Below the pieces are notes generated by a model. The model saw nothing but the letters and a program-made list of their open reading frames with translations. It was not told the origin of the DNA and did no database searches. A stretch of 64,000 nt of DNA from Deltaproteobacteria bacterium (GTDB lineage: Bacteria > Myxococcota_A > Polyangia > Polyangiales > JADJMO01), in NCBI GenBank assembly GCA_016182965.1, contig JACPFM010000129.1, forward strand, positions 1,366 through 65,365, given 5' to 3'. A program made the position numbers and the translations under genes. Shown here piece by piece: positions 53,345-63,220 of this stretch (the first letter of the stretch is position 1; the number at the start of each line of letters is the position of its first letter).

Positions 53345-56281
53345 TCAGGGCTTCAGCGAGCAGGCGAGCGGGCGCAGCGAGAACTTCCCGGCGTCGTCCG
53401 GCAGGCGCTTCAGGAGGAACGCGTGGCCGGGATCGTCCGCCGGGACGTACGCGTACCAGTCGTCGTCGCCGACGTTCGCCGTCACGAGCATCGCGTCGGT
53501 GCACGCCGCGCCGTCCCGCCCGATGCGCACGTAGTTGCCATGCGTGGTCAGCTCGCTCGGCAGATCGGCGCCGGTCAGCGAGAGCTTCACCGGGCGCCAC
53601 TCGGGGCCGCTCGCGAACATGCGGAGCCCGGCCTTCGTCTTGGCCGCGCACGGCACGAAGGCCTTCGATCCGCTCGGCGTCGTCGCGCTCGACAGGCGCA
53701 GCGCGGCCGGCGGATCGGGGGTGATCGCGTCGAACGGGATCATGCCGCGCGGATCGATGAAGGCGGACGAGGTCTCGCCGAGCCCGCTCGCGAGGACCAG
53801 CGCCGGCTTGCCGCCGACCAGCTGCAGCGCCGCCTCCTCGCCGAGGGTCCACACGGCGCGGCTCCAGGTCTTCCCGAGGTCCTCGCTCGAGATCAGCGCG
53901 ACGCTCTCGAAGCGCTGCTGCGCGAGGATGATCCGCTTGCCGATCTTCGAGCCGGCGTTGAAGCCGAACGCATCGGCGCCCGTCGGGCGCGCGAAGGTCT
54001 CGACCTTCCCGTCGTCGTGCACGAAGTAGATCGGCGACTCGCCGGTGTGGGCGAGGAACAAGAGGCCGCCGTCGACGATCTCGGTCAGCGCGCTCGGCGC
54101 CACGCGGCCGACGCGGAACGGCTTCACCTTCGGCAGCTTGGCCTTGTGGACCTTGCCCTGGGCGGCGGCGTACCACGCGAGATCGACGTCGACCGGGTTG
54201 TATTTCTTGCCGCCCTCTTCGTCGAACTTCACCTCGGTGGAGTAGGAGTAGCGCGCGAGCACCACCCCGGCGGCGGTGGTCCAGTCCCAGTCGCGCACGG
54301 TGCGCGGCCCGTTGGCCTTGGGAGGCGGCGGCAAGAGCTGCACGAGCGAAGGCGGCGCGCTGCCCTTCACCACGGTCAGGCCCGTCGTCTTGTCGTCGTC
54401 GCCGACCGGCGCGACGAGGCGCACGTCGCCGTCGAGCGCGCCGCGCGTCTCGAGCCAGAGCTGACCGGACGCCTTCTTCGGCGGACCGCTCGGCGCGCAC
54501 TGAATCGCGATCGGAGGGCCGGCAGCGGCCGGCGCGTCGTGCGGCGTGTCGCTCGGGTCCTTGATCGGCTGCGTGGTCGCCGCGATCAGCGCCTTCTCGG
54601 GATCGGGGAGCTCCCAACCGACGCGCACCGACCCGCCCTGCAGGCACCCCGACGGCGCGCATGCGACAGGCCCCGTCGCACCGAGCGCGACCTTCGTCCA
54701 ATGCTCGCCGCCGTCGGCCGTCTCCCACGCTTGCTCGTCGCCCCAGGCGTAGCCGCGGTCGCCCGCGAGATCGACGCCGTGCACGTCGAACGGCAGGTAC
54801 AGCGTGGGCGCCAGCTTGCCCTCGGGCGACAGCCGCAGGAGCCGCCACGGGGAGGCGTAGACGAGGCGCAGCCCGCCCTTGGAGTCGAGGGTCGTCGCCG
54901 CGGGGCGACCGGGCAGCGAGAGGTCGATCTTCGTCAGCTTGCCGTCGCGCTTGCCCGTGAAGACCTTCAAGGTGCCGGCCTCGTCGCCGAGCACGAAGAC
55001 GCGGTCGCGCGCGGCGTCGACCTCCGCGCTCGCGAGGCGGAGCTTCGGCGGCAGATCGAGCGGCTGCCAGTCCTTGGCGCCGAGCTTGGCGCGCGCGGGC
55101 GAGCACGGACCCGCGATGGTGGTGCACAGCTCGCCGACCGCGACCCACCCCGCGCCGGCGAGCACGCGGAACCCCGTGCCCTCGTGCCCTTCGAGCGCGC
55201 CGATCGGTTGCCACGTCTTGCCGTCGTCGGTCGTGCGGAACAGGCGCGAGGTGCTCGGATCGGCGTCGGGCTCGTGCAGGTCGACGACGACGTCGCCGCC
55301 CGAACCGGCGACGCGCACGCGCGTGAGCGCCGAGGCCGCCGTCGCGAGCGTCCACGGCTCGCCCGTCTTTCCGTCGAACGCGCCGACGGCCACCGTGATC
55401 TTCTTGCGGTGCGACACGACGTCGAGCGTCTCGACGACGTGCACGATTCGATCGCCGATCACGGTGCGCGTGCCCGCGGGCGGCGGCTTGGGAGCGCCGG
55501 TGTCGGCCTTGGCGAGCTCCGCGAACGAGGTCGCGATCTCGAGCTTCCGCGGCGAGCCGCCGAGCTTCGCCATCTTGTCGACGATCGCGCCCTCGAGCCA
55601 CAAGTCGTCGTTCGCGTCGACCTTCAGCGACGACGCGCCGATGCCCGGCGTCGCCAGCGGCGCGAAGGTCGCGCCGTCGTCGGCCGAGTACAACACCCGC
55701 TGCGGGTGGATCAGCACGAGGATCTCGCCCCGCGCGTTCGCCGCGACCGAGTGCACCACCTCGCCGGGCCCGACCGGCAGCTTGCTCTTGCTCCAAGCGG
55801 CGCCGGTGGAGCGATGCAGCGTGCCGTCCTCCTCCGCGCCGACGATCGCCGACTTCCCCATCGCGAACCTCGTCGGTCCGCTCGTCTTCGGCGCGGCGCG
55901 GGTGCTGGTCGGCGGGCCGAGCGGCTCGTCGGCGACGAACACCGTGCCGTCCTCGCCGAGGAGCGACCAGCGCGTGCCGTCGCGGCGAGCCCCGACGAGG
56001 TGTGACGCGAGGAGGAACGAGGACGCGCTGACGGTGCCGTCGGACTTCAGGAGCCAGCGTCGGCCGTGCGAGCCGACCTGGAAGATCCCCTGCGCGCCGA
56101 GATCGACCTGGGCCGCCGCGACGGTGACGCCGCTGCCCGTGAGCAGCCACCGGGCGCGCGCGGGCGCGGGCTTGGGCGCGGGCGGGGCGGCGCTGGACTT
56201 CGGCGCGACCGCGACCTTCGGCTCGGGAGCGGCCGGCGAACACGCGACAAGGAGGACCATCGACGTGAGAAGCGCGCGCAT
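53345..56281 (-). CDS. Large lipoprotein with BNR/Asp-box repeats
   Basis: Lipobox LVAC; SADDGATF, TTDDGKTW, TADGGEHW, SEDLGKTW Asp-boxes. Confidence 0.75.
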   Translation of the reverse strand: MRALLTSMVLLVACSPAAPEPKVAVAPKSSAAPPAPKPAPARARWLLTGSGVTVAAAQVDLGAQGIFQVGSHGRRWLLKSDGTVSASSFLLASHLVGARRDGTRWSLLGEDGTVFVADEPLGPPTSTRAAPKTSGPTRFAMGKSAIVGAEEDGTLHRSTGAAWSKSKLPVGPGEVVHSVAANARGEILVLIHPQRVLYSADDGATFAPLATPGIGASSLKVDANDDLWLEGAIVDKMAKLGGSPRKLEIATSFAELAKADTGAPKPPPAGTRTVIGDRIVHVVETLDVVSHRKKITVAVGAFDGKTGEPWTLATAASALTRVRVAGSGGDVVVDLHEPDADPSTSRLFRTTDDGKTWQPIGALEGHEGTGFRVLAGAGWVAVGELCTTIAGPCSPARAKLGAKDWQPLDLPPKLRLASAEVDAARDRVFVLGDEAGTLKVFTGKRDGKLTKIDLSLPGRPAATTLDSKGGLRLVYASPWRLLRLSPEGKLAPTLYLPFDVHGVDLAGDRGYAWGDEQAWETADGGEHWTKVALGATGPVACAPSGCLQGGSVRVGWELPDPEKALIAATTQPIKDPSDTPHDAPAAAGPPIAIQCAPSGPPKKASGQLWLETRGALDGDVRLVAPVGDDDKTTGLTVVKGSAPPSLVQLLPPPPKANGPRTVRDWDWTTAAGVVLARYSYSTEVKFDEEGGKKYNPVDVDLAWYAAAQGKVHKAKLPKVKPFRVGRVAPSALTEIVDGGLLFLAHTGESPIYFVHDDGKVETFARPTGADAFGFNAGSKIGKRIILAQQRFESVALISSEDLGKTWSRAVWTLGEEAALQLVGGKPALVLASGLGETSSAFIDPRGMIPFDAITPDPPAALRLSSATTPSGSKAFVPCAAKTKAGLRMFASGPEWRPVKLSLTGADLPSELTTHGNYVRIGRDGAACTDAMLVTANVGDDDWYAYVPADDPGHAFLLKRLPDDAGKFSLRPLACSLKP

Positions 56282-56339
56282 TGGCCGAGGCTATCCGAGG
56301 TCGACGCATGCGCGCGAGATGGTGCTACGCTCGGGGGTC

Positions 56340-57056
56340 ATGGATGTCCGGGCGCGTAGGTCGGCCCTCGGCACGATGGCGGCGATGGCGGCCATCGCGA
56401 CAGGCGCGGCGATCGCGCTCGCCGCGTGCGGCGGCGACGACGCCCGCGCCCTGCCGCCGCCCGCCACCTTCGGCGACGCGTCGACCGACACGGGCACCAA
56501 GAGCAAGCCCGACGCGCGCGCCGACGGTCTGCTCGCCGACGCGTCCGACGCGTCCGACGAGTCCGGCGGGCTCGGGTGCGCGCCCGACAAGAACTGCGTC
56601 GGCGCGACGATGCCGACCTGGCAGCTGCAGGACTTCCAGCCGAAGAGCCCGCGCTACGGCCACACCTACGGGCTCGAGGCGTTCAAGGGCAAGGTGACGG
56701 TGGTCGCCTTGTTATCCGGCTGGTGAGGGTTCTGTCGAACCCAGGCGTCCAGGTTGGACGTCATGCAGAAAGAGCTGAAGGCGGCGGGGCGTGACATCGC
56801 GTTCCTCGCGGTGAACTCCGCCGACTCGTTCACCAACCAGACCGAGCTCGCCGCGTCGGCCGAGTTCCCCATGTTCCAGGACACCGACCCGGTCGGCGCC
56901 TGGAAGATGCACGGCGGCGGCAAGGACGATCTCTACGTCTACGGCAGCGACGGCAAGCTCGTGCGCTACCTGCCGTACGGCGGCGAGGTCGACACCAACC
57001 TGTCCGATCCCGTCGCCTACGAAGGCGTGAAGAAGATCGTCGTCGACGCCAAGTGA
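56340..57056 (+). CDS. Thioredoxin/AhpC-TSA-like selenoprotein lipoprotein (Sec at UGA 56724-56726)
   Basis: One frame interrupted only by TGA: FKGKVTVVALLSGW-U-GFCRTQ; continues into ORF 56754..57056; lipobox LAAC; start may be 56319. Confidence 0.85.
56745..56761 (+). promoter_or_regulatory. Putative bacterial SECIS element
   Basis: GCGTCCA-GGT-TGGACGT hairpin with a G-containing apical loop about 25 nt 3' of the UGA. Confidence 0.7.
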
Positions 57057-57060
57057 GCGG

Positions 57061-57999
57061 TCACCGGCGCGCGCGTCGTGGAGGGGCGAGCCGTCGCGCC
57101 ACGTCCGCGACGAGCGCCTCGGTGAGCGCCTGCCCCTCGCTCTGCTCGGCGGTCGCGGCGAAGACCTCGGTGGGTGGCTGCGGCAGGCCGTCGAGCCGGA
57201 ACAGGCGCCCCGCGGCGACGTGCGGCGCGGCGACCACCTCGGGCAGCACGCAGACGTACCGCCCGGAGAGCGCGACCACCTCGTTGCTCGAGAGCATCGT
57301 GATCTGGAAGCCGATGCGGCGCTTCGTCTCGACGGGGAAGCCGTCCATCCGCGTGCCGCGATCGCCGACGGCGGCGACCGAGAAGGGGTGCTCGAGGATG
57401 CGCTCCGCGGGCACGTCGCGCGCGCCGAACAGCGGATGGCCCTGGCCGCAGTAGACGGCGTTGCCGAGCGCGCCGAGGCGACGACAGCGCACGCCCTCGT
57501 GCACCGTCGGATCGTAGAAGAACGCGACGTCGAGCTCCCCGGCGGCGATCTGCCGGTTCGCCTCGCGCGACTGCAGCGTCGTGAGCGCGGGCACCACGCC
57601 CGGGTGCTTCGCCGCGAGATCGAGCGCCGCCGGCACCACGAAGCGATCGGTGAGCACGCCGAGGCTTCCGATCCGCAGCTCGCCCTCGTGCACCTCGCCG
57701 AGCACCTGCGGCAGCGCCTGCTCGAGCGTGATCGTCGCGCGCTGCACCGCGAGCAGCAGCTTGCGCCCCGCCGCGTTGAGCGAGATGCGCCGCCCCGCGC
57801 GGACGAAGAGCGGCTGACCGACCGCGTCCTCGAGCAGGCGCACGGTGCGCGAGAGCGCCGATGCGCTCACGTGCAATCGCGCGGCGGCCGTCGGGAGGTG
57901 CTCGGACTCGGCGACCGCCTTGAACGCGGGGATCCACGCCCACAGGTCGCGCACGCGCTTGACCGAAGGGGCCTCGACGAGCGGCTTCCGCGCGGCCAT
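57061..57999 (-). CDS. LysR family transcriptional regulator
   Basis: FKAVAESEHLPTAAARLHVSASALSRTVRLLEDAVGQPLFVRAGR HTH. Confidence 0.93.
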   Translation of the reverse strand: MAARKPLVEAPSVKRVRDLWAWIPAFKAVAESEHLPTAAARLHVSASALSRTVRLLEDAVGQPLFVRAGRRISLNAAGRKLLLAVQRATITLEQALPQVLGEVHEGELRIGSLGVLTDRFVVPAALDLAAKHPGVVPALTTLQSREANRQIAAGELDVAFFYDPTVHEGVRCRRLGALGNAVYCGQGHPLFGARDVPAERILEHPFSVAAVGDRGTRMDGFPVETKRRIGFQITMLSSNEVVALSGRYVCVLPEVVAAPHVAAGRLFRLDGLPQPPTEVFAATAEQSEGQALTEALVADVARRLAPPRRARR

Positions 58000-58059
58000 C
58001 GGCCGAACGCTACCAGAACCCGATCGCGCCCGGGCGCGCGCCGGCGTCGTGACCCCCCG

Positions 58060-58085
58060 CGCAACGATGCGTTCGGATCATTGCG
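58060..58085. promoter_or_regulatory. Putative LysR binding site
   Basis: Imperfect palindrome CGCAACGAT-N8-ATCATTGCG in the divergent promoter. Confidence 0.45.
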
Positions 58086-58133
58086 ATGGTCGATCGCGAG
58101 GCGTCCGCTACACCGAGCGGCTGGGAGGACTTC

Positions 58134-58646
58134 ATGACTTCACTTTCCCGAGCCGAGATTCACCGCCGCGCGCTGCTCGCGGCCACCAAGGTGTCGCTGT
58201 CGGCCGCGCTGATCGTCGGGTGCGGCGGCCGCCTCGACCACGAGATGATCTCGGCGGCCGAAGGCGACACCGGCGCCGCGAACGGGAGCGACGCCGCCGA
58301 GGTGACCGTGGCGGAGGCGGGCACGCTCGAAGTGAGCGTGCTCGAGACGGGCGGCGACACCAGCGCGCGCGGCGACGCGTCGGCGTGCGGGCTCCTCGTG
58401 GAGAGCGCGCTCGCCGACGCCGGCGAGCCGGTGACCACGAGCGATCCGGCGCTGCAGGCGTGCTGCCGCGAGATCCTGCCGGCGTGGACGACCGACGGCG
58501 ACTTCGGCGTCGGCTACCGGGCAGCGCGCGCCTGCTGCTACGTCGTCGGCGGCGAGAGCTGGTGGGAGATCGGCGGCGCCGCCTGCACGCCGTGGGGGCC
58601 GCCGATGCCGCCCGAGATGCGCGCGCCCGACGAGGGGGTCGCGTGA
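58134..58646 (+). CDS. Cys-rich lipoprotein with C-terminal ACTPWGPPMP motif
   Basis: GGAGG RBS; HRRALL..LIVGC lipobox; ACG, ACC, ACC, ACT cysteines. Confidence 0.75.
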   Translation: MTSLSRAEIHRRALLAATKVSLSAALIVGCGGRLDHEMISAAEGDTGAANGSDAAEVTVAEAGTLEVSVLETGGDTSARGDASACGLLVESALADAGEPVTTSDPALQACCREILPAWTTDGDFGVGYRAARACCYVVGGESWWEIGGAACTPWGPPMPPEMRAPDEGVA

Positions 58647-59419
58647 TCGCGCTCGACTTGCGCGACGCCGCGCGCGCGCACCGGCCGGCGCTCGAGGCCG
58701 ACCCGCGCGCGCGGGCCTCGGCGATCGCGACCTGGCGCGGGCGCATGATCAACGAGTGGAGCTCGTCGCGCGTGTTCGGCGCGCTCGCCGCGCAGATGGA
58801 GCGCGCGGGCGCGTTCGCGGCGCGCGTCTCGGAGATCGAAGCGTTCGCCGAGGAGGAGCGGACGCACGGCGTGCTGTGCGGCGCGGTGGTCGAGGCGCTC
58901 GGTGGCGAGGCGCGCGCCGATCTCCCGGACTGCCCGCCGATCCCCGAGCACACCGGGGTCGATCCGGAGGTCGCCGTGCTGCGCAACGTGCTGAGCATCT
59001 GCTGCCTCTCGGAGACGGTCGCGGTCGCGCTGATCGCCGCCGAGCGCCTCGAGATGCCCGAGGGCGCGCTGCGCGATCTGCTCACGCGCATCTGGTCCGA
59101 CGAGATCGGCCACGCGCGCTTCGGCTGGACGCTGTTGGGCGAGGTGGTGCCGGCCCTATCGCCCGAGCGCCGCGCCGGCCTCGCCGCCTACGTGCCGACC
59201 GCCCTCGCCCACCTCGTCGAGCACGAGCTCGCGCACCTGCCGGCCACGCGTGGCACGCCGCCCGGCGGCGAGGCGCTCGGGTTGTGCGCGGGCGAGGACG
59301 CGCGCGCGCTGTTCTTCGACACGGTCGAGCAGGTCATCCACCCGCGGCTCTCGGAGCTCGGGTTGGTCGAGGACACGTCGGACGGCCGGCGGGTGTTGAG
59401 CGACACCACAGGTCGCTGA
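58643..59419 (+). CDS. Ferritin-like diiron protein
   Basis: GTGA coupling; WRGRMINE, EERTH, CLSETVA, DEIGHARFGW (two ExxH motifs). Confidence 0.82.
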   Translation: MIALDLRDAARAHRPALEADPRARASAIATWRGRMINEWSSSRVFGALAAQMERAGAFAARVSEIEAFAEEERTHGVLCGAVVEALGGEARADLPDCPPIPEHTGVDPEVAVLRNVLSICCLSETVAVALIAAERLEMPEGALRDLLTRIWSDEIGHARFGWTLLGEVVPALSPERRAGLAAYVPTALAHLVEHELAHLPATRGTPPGGEALGLCAGEDARALFFDTVEQVIHPRLSELGLVEDTSDGRRVLSDTTGR

Positions 59420-59467
59420 CGATCGTCGCGATCCTGACGACAGGGACCGCATGGCGTCGTCAACGCG

Positions 59468-59782
59468 ATGACGCTGCTCCTGGAATTCCCGGCGAGCGCA
59501 CGCGGAACGCGCCTTGCTAGCATGAACTTCCCGAAGCTCCGCGCCTGCTACGAGGGCCAGCTGAAGAAGGACGCAAGCGCGACGGGCACGGTGAGCTCGG
59601 AGTTCATCATCGACGAGGAAGGCAAGGTCGCGAAGCTCGACGTCACGGTGAGCGGCGCTCTCACCGATCCGGCGCTCGCTCCGTGCTGGACCGCGGTCTT
59701 GAAGGCGCTGCAGTTCCCACATCCCGAGATGGGCAAGGTGCTCGTCCGGTATCCGATCGCGGTGGAGAGCGAGCAAAGGTGA
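59468..59782 (+). CDS. AgmX/PglI C-terminal (TonB-C-like) domain, stand-alone or remnant
   Basis: LRACYE..G.V..EFIIDEEGKV..CW..LQFP..VRYPI. Confidence 0.6.
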   Translation: MTLLLEFPASARGTRLASMNFPKLRACYEGQLKKDASATGTVSSEFIIDEEGKVAKLDVTVSGALTDPALAPCWTAVLKALQFPHPEMGKVLVRYPIAVESEQR

Positions 59783-59865
59783 TCGCGACCCGGGCCGGAC
59801 AGAGGCAGCCGAGCCGCTCCCCTGCGGCGCGCTCGGGCGCCGGTTCGTGATACGAACCACTCGTC

Positions 59866-62800
59866 GTGCGCCCCGAACGCCCCCGCGAGTCCACCGCGCG
59901 CGTGAAGTCCCAGCTTCGCGCGCACCTCGATTTCCTCCACGGCGTGCCGCTCGCGGTGGACGACGGTGCGATCTCCTGGCTGGTGCTCCCCGCCGGCGAG
60001 GTCGTGCGCGTCGACGGCACCACCCTGAGCGGGGCGACCCGATGCGTGCGCGAGCTCCTCCGCGAGCCAGCCCTGCTCGCCCGCGTCGTCGGCGACACCG
60101 ATCGCTGGAAGGCCCGCGTCCTTTCGGCGATCGAGCGCCTCAAGCCGGCGCTCCATCGCGATGCCCCGCTCGACGACGCCGTCGCGGATCTCGTCGGCGC
60201 GCTGCCTTCGGGGGCCGCGCGGCGCGCGCGCAAGGCGCTCGGCGATCCCCGAACCCGCGCGATCGCCGCGCGCGTCCTGTGGGCCCACGCGCTCGAGCCG
60301 GAGGTCGTCCCCGCCGCGCTGGCCGCGCTCGACGACCACTGGGCGCTGCTCGCGTCGATGTCGGACGCCCCCGTCGCCTGCCACGCGCTGCTCCGCATCG
60401 CACGAGAGGACGGCCCTCGGGCCGGCGCGCTGTTCGCCTGGCTCGAGGAGGCGACGGAGACCGGCGCGCCACGCTGCGATCGGCGCGCCTTCGTCGACGC
60501 CTTCCCGCTCTCCGTCGAACCTGCCTCCTCGCCCGTCAGCGTGCGAGCGCCGCATCCGGCGCCGAAGCAGCAGCTGACCGCGCTGCCGAAGCTCGCGACG
60601 TGGCTCGGCCAGCAGGACGCGCGCACGCGCCGCGCCGCGCTGTCGCTGGTGACGGCGAGCGCACCGCTCGGACGGCTGCGCGAGTGGACCGTCGCGTGGG
60701 AGGAGCTCGCTTCGCTCGACGCCGCGGCGCGCAGACGAAAGGAGTGGCGGCCGGACGCGCCGATCATCGGCAAGCTCCGCGCGTTGAAGGACCGGCTGCC
60801 GCCGCCCTGCGATCTGGAGGCGTTCGTCGGCGCCGTCCGCGTCCTCTCGGACTCGCGCTGGAGCGAGGTCGTCGATCCGCTCGTGCGAACCCTCGCGGTG
60901 GTGCCCGCGCCGGCTCGTGCGCGGTACCTCGAGTACTGGGCGGAGATCGTGCGCGACGCCGACGAGCCCGCGCGGCGGCGCATCCCGGCCTACCTCGCGG
61001 CGTTCCGCGGCTGGGCGGCCACCGCGACCGAACTCGCGCCGTGGCGCGTGCTGTCCGAGCTCGACCACCCGGTGCGCACCTGGGCCTCGCCCGACGAGGG
61101 CCTGATCGTGTCGCTCCGCGGCGACGGCGTGTTGCAGCGGTTCTTCGCGACGTTGGCGGCGGCCCAGACGCGCGACATCGATCTGCTCGAGACGGTGGTG
61201 ACGTCCTCGCGCGGCGAACCGCGGCTGCTCGCCGAGCGCGCCGACGCCTTGTCGAAGCACGACCTGCCCCCGAGCCGCCTGAAGCACGCGCTCCGCCTCG
61301 CCGACGCGCTCGGGCCGACGACCACGGAGGAGTGGGTCACGCTGGTCGTCGCGCTCGCCACGCGCGCGGCCGCCGCGCTCGACCGAGCGTGGTCGAACGC
61401 GCCCCTCGACGACGCCGTCCGCGCCTGCATGCGGCGCACGTTCGTCGCCAGCCCGCACGTCATCGCAGGCGTCTCGCTGATGGTCGCGATCGCCGACGAG
61501 GTCCCGCCGCCGATCCGGGCTAGCGGCGATCTCCCGCGGTGGGCCGCGCGCTACCCCGAGCCGCTGCACCGCGCCCTCGCGCGCGTCACCGAAGACGTCG
61601 CGCGAAAGCTCCTCGACGACGACTTCCCGGCGGACGAGTCGCTGAAGAGGCAGATCCGTGCGCTCGAAGCCCGCGCCGACGCGACGCCCGCGATGCGCCG
61701 GCGCATCGAGACCTTGCGCGCGCGCATCGGGGTCGAGCGGGAGCTCAGCGCGCGGCGGCTCTCGAACCTCGCGGGCAAGCTCGAGCAGGCCGCGGACCGC
61801 GCGTGGTTCGGCGAGTGGTCCGGCCGCTTGCGCGAGGCGTGCGCGCGCACCATCGAGCGCTTGCTCGGGAGCTGCCCCTCGTGGGCGCTCGAGGACCACA
61901 ACCTGGCCGCCCTGCACGCCGCGCTGGAGCTCGAGCCCGAAGGTCGCGATCTCGCGCTGCGCCTGTTCCGCCTGCGCACCGGGCCGAGGCCGTGGGACCT
62001 CTCGGAGGCCCCCGAGAACGTCGCGTTCGTGAGGGGGCTCCGCGCGCGCGGCATCGATCCGCGGCCTTGGATCGACGGCATCGGCGTGATCGAGCGCGCG
62101 GGTCCCGACGGCGCCACGTGCCTCCTGTCGCTCGAGGACGATCCGCTCGAGATCTTCCAGATGGGCGAGCGCTTCGGCACCTGCCTGAGCGTCGGCTCCT
62201 CGAACTACTTCTCGGTGTTCGCCAACGCCGCCGACATCGACAAGCGCGTCGCCTACGGGCGCGACGCCGAGGGCAAGGTGCTCGCGCGCTGCCTCCTGGC
62301 CTTGACCGATGACGGCCACGTGCTGACGTTCCACGCCTACGCGCACCAGCACTCCGAGGTCTTCGCGCGGCTGTTCGGCGAGCTCGCCGCCATGCTCGCG
62401 GAGAAGATGGGCACCGTCTGCGCGCCGAGCGGCCGCGTGCGCGCCCGGGTGGCGAAGAACTGGTACGACGACGGACCGATCGATCTCGCGGGCCAGTTCC
62501 CCTTCCTGCACGACGAGCGCAGCCGGCTGCGTCGATCGATGCGCGAGATCGAGCCTGCCGAGGTGGTGCGCCTCGCGGCCGAGGCCTTCGAGCCGCGCCC
62601 GCTCGACGCGCTCACGATCCCGCTCGTCCTCTCGCTGCCCGAGGTCGACGCGCGCCCCGAGCTCGCCCTGCCGCTCGTCGCGCTGCTGACGGATCCTGCA
62701 CGAGGAGAAGGCGGGCCGCTCTCGGAGTCGTTGCGCCTCCGGGCCGCCGAGCTCGCGCATCGCGCAGGCGACCTCGCGCGCGCGCGGGCGCTCGCCGGCG

Positions 62801-63099
62801 ATCTCGTCGCGGCGGAGCTCGAGGCCGGTCTGACGAGCGAAGACGGTCACCAGAACCCGCGGCTCCTTGCGATGCAGCTCGACTTCGATCCGGCTTCGGT
62901 GCTCGCGATCGCGCGCCGCGTGAGCAAGCGCACGCGGGGCACGTGGATGGATCAACGGCGGCGCCTGGCCGCGGCGATGGCCCTCGAGCGGCTGGGGCGG
63001 CTCCGGCGCGCGCTCGAGGTCTTGCGGACCCCGGCGCGCCTCGAGCTGCGCGAGGCCGAGGAGCTCGCCAGGCGCATCGAGGGCAAGCTGCGCGGCTGA
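59866..63099 (+). CDS. Large hypothetical protein
   Basis: 1077-aa helical ORF with a conserved-looking core DPLEIFQMG..TCLS..NYFS..KRVAYGRD..ARCLLAL. Confidence 0.7.
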   Translation: MRPERPRESTARVKSQLRAHLDFLHGVPLAVDDGAISWLVLPAGEVVRVDGTTLSGATRCVRELLREPALLARVVGDTDRWKARVLSAIERLKPALHRDAPLDDAVADLVGALPSGAARRARKALGDPRTRAIAARVLWAHALEPEVVPAALAALDDHWALLASMSDAPVACHALLRIAREDGPRAGALFAWLEEATETGAPRCDRRAFVDAFPLSVEPASSPVSVRAPHPAPKQQLTALPKLATWLGQQDARTRRAALSLVTASAPLGRLREWTVAWEELASLDAAARRRKEWRPDAPIIGKLRALKDRLPPPCDLEAFVGAVRVLSDSRWSEVVDPLVRTLAVVPAPARARYLEYWAEIVRDADEPARRRIPAYLAAFRGWAATATELAPWRVLSELDHPVRTWASPDEGLIVSLRGDGVLQRFFATLAAAQTRDIDLLETVVTSSRGEPRLLAERADALSKHDLPPSRLKHALRLADALGPTTTEEWVTLVVALATRAAAALDRAWSNAPLDDAVRACMRRTFVASPHVIAGVSLMVAIADEVPPPIRASGDLPRWAARYPEPLHRALARVTEDVARKLLDDDFPADESLKRQIRALEARADATPAMRRRIETLRARIGVERELSARRLSNLAGKLEQAADRAWFGEWSGRLREACARTIERLLGSCPSWALEDHNLAALHAALELEPEGRDLALRLFRLRTGPRPWDLSEAPENVAFVRGLRARGIDPRPWIDGIGVIERAGPDGATCLLSLEDDPLEIFQMGERFGTCLSVGSSNYFSVFANAADIDKRVAYGRDAEGKVLARCLLALTDDGHVLTFHAYAHQHSEVFARLFGELAAMLAEKMGTVCAPSGRVRARVAKNWYDDGPIDLAGQFPFLHDERSRLRRSMREIEPAEVVRLAAEAFEPRPLDALTIPLVLSLPEVDARPELALPLVALLTDPARGEGGPLSESLRLRAAELAHRAGDLARARALAGDLVAAELEAGLTSEDGHQNPRLLAMQLDFDPASVLAIARRVSKRTRGTWMDQRRRLAAAMALERLGRLRRALEVLRTPARLELREAEELARRIEGKLRG

Positions 63100-63147
63100 C
63101 AACTTCGCCATGCTCACGACGCGGCCCGGGACCGACGAGCCCGCAAG

Positions 63148-63182
63148 AAAAAGGCCGGCGCTCACCTCGCGGGAGCGCCGGC
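63148..63182 (-). terminator. Rho-independent terminator
   Basis: 10-bp stem GCCGGCGCTC/GAGCGCCGGC followed by a T-run on the minus strand. Confidence 0.7.
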
Positions 63183-63220
63183 GCCGTGGTCGCGTCAGTC
63201 GCGTCAGACGCGTCAGATGC

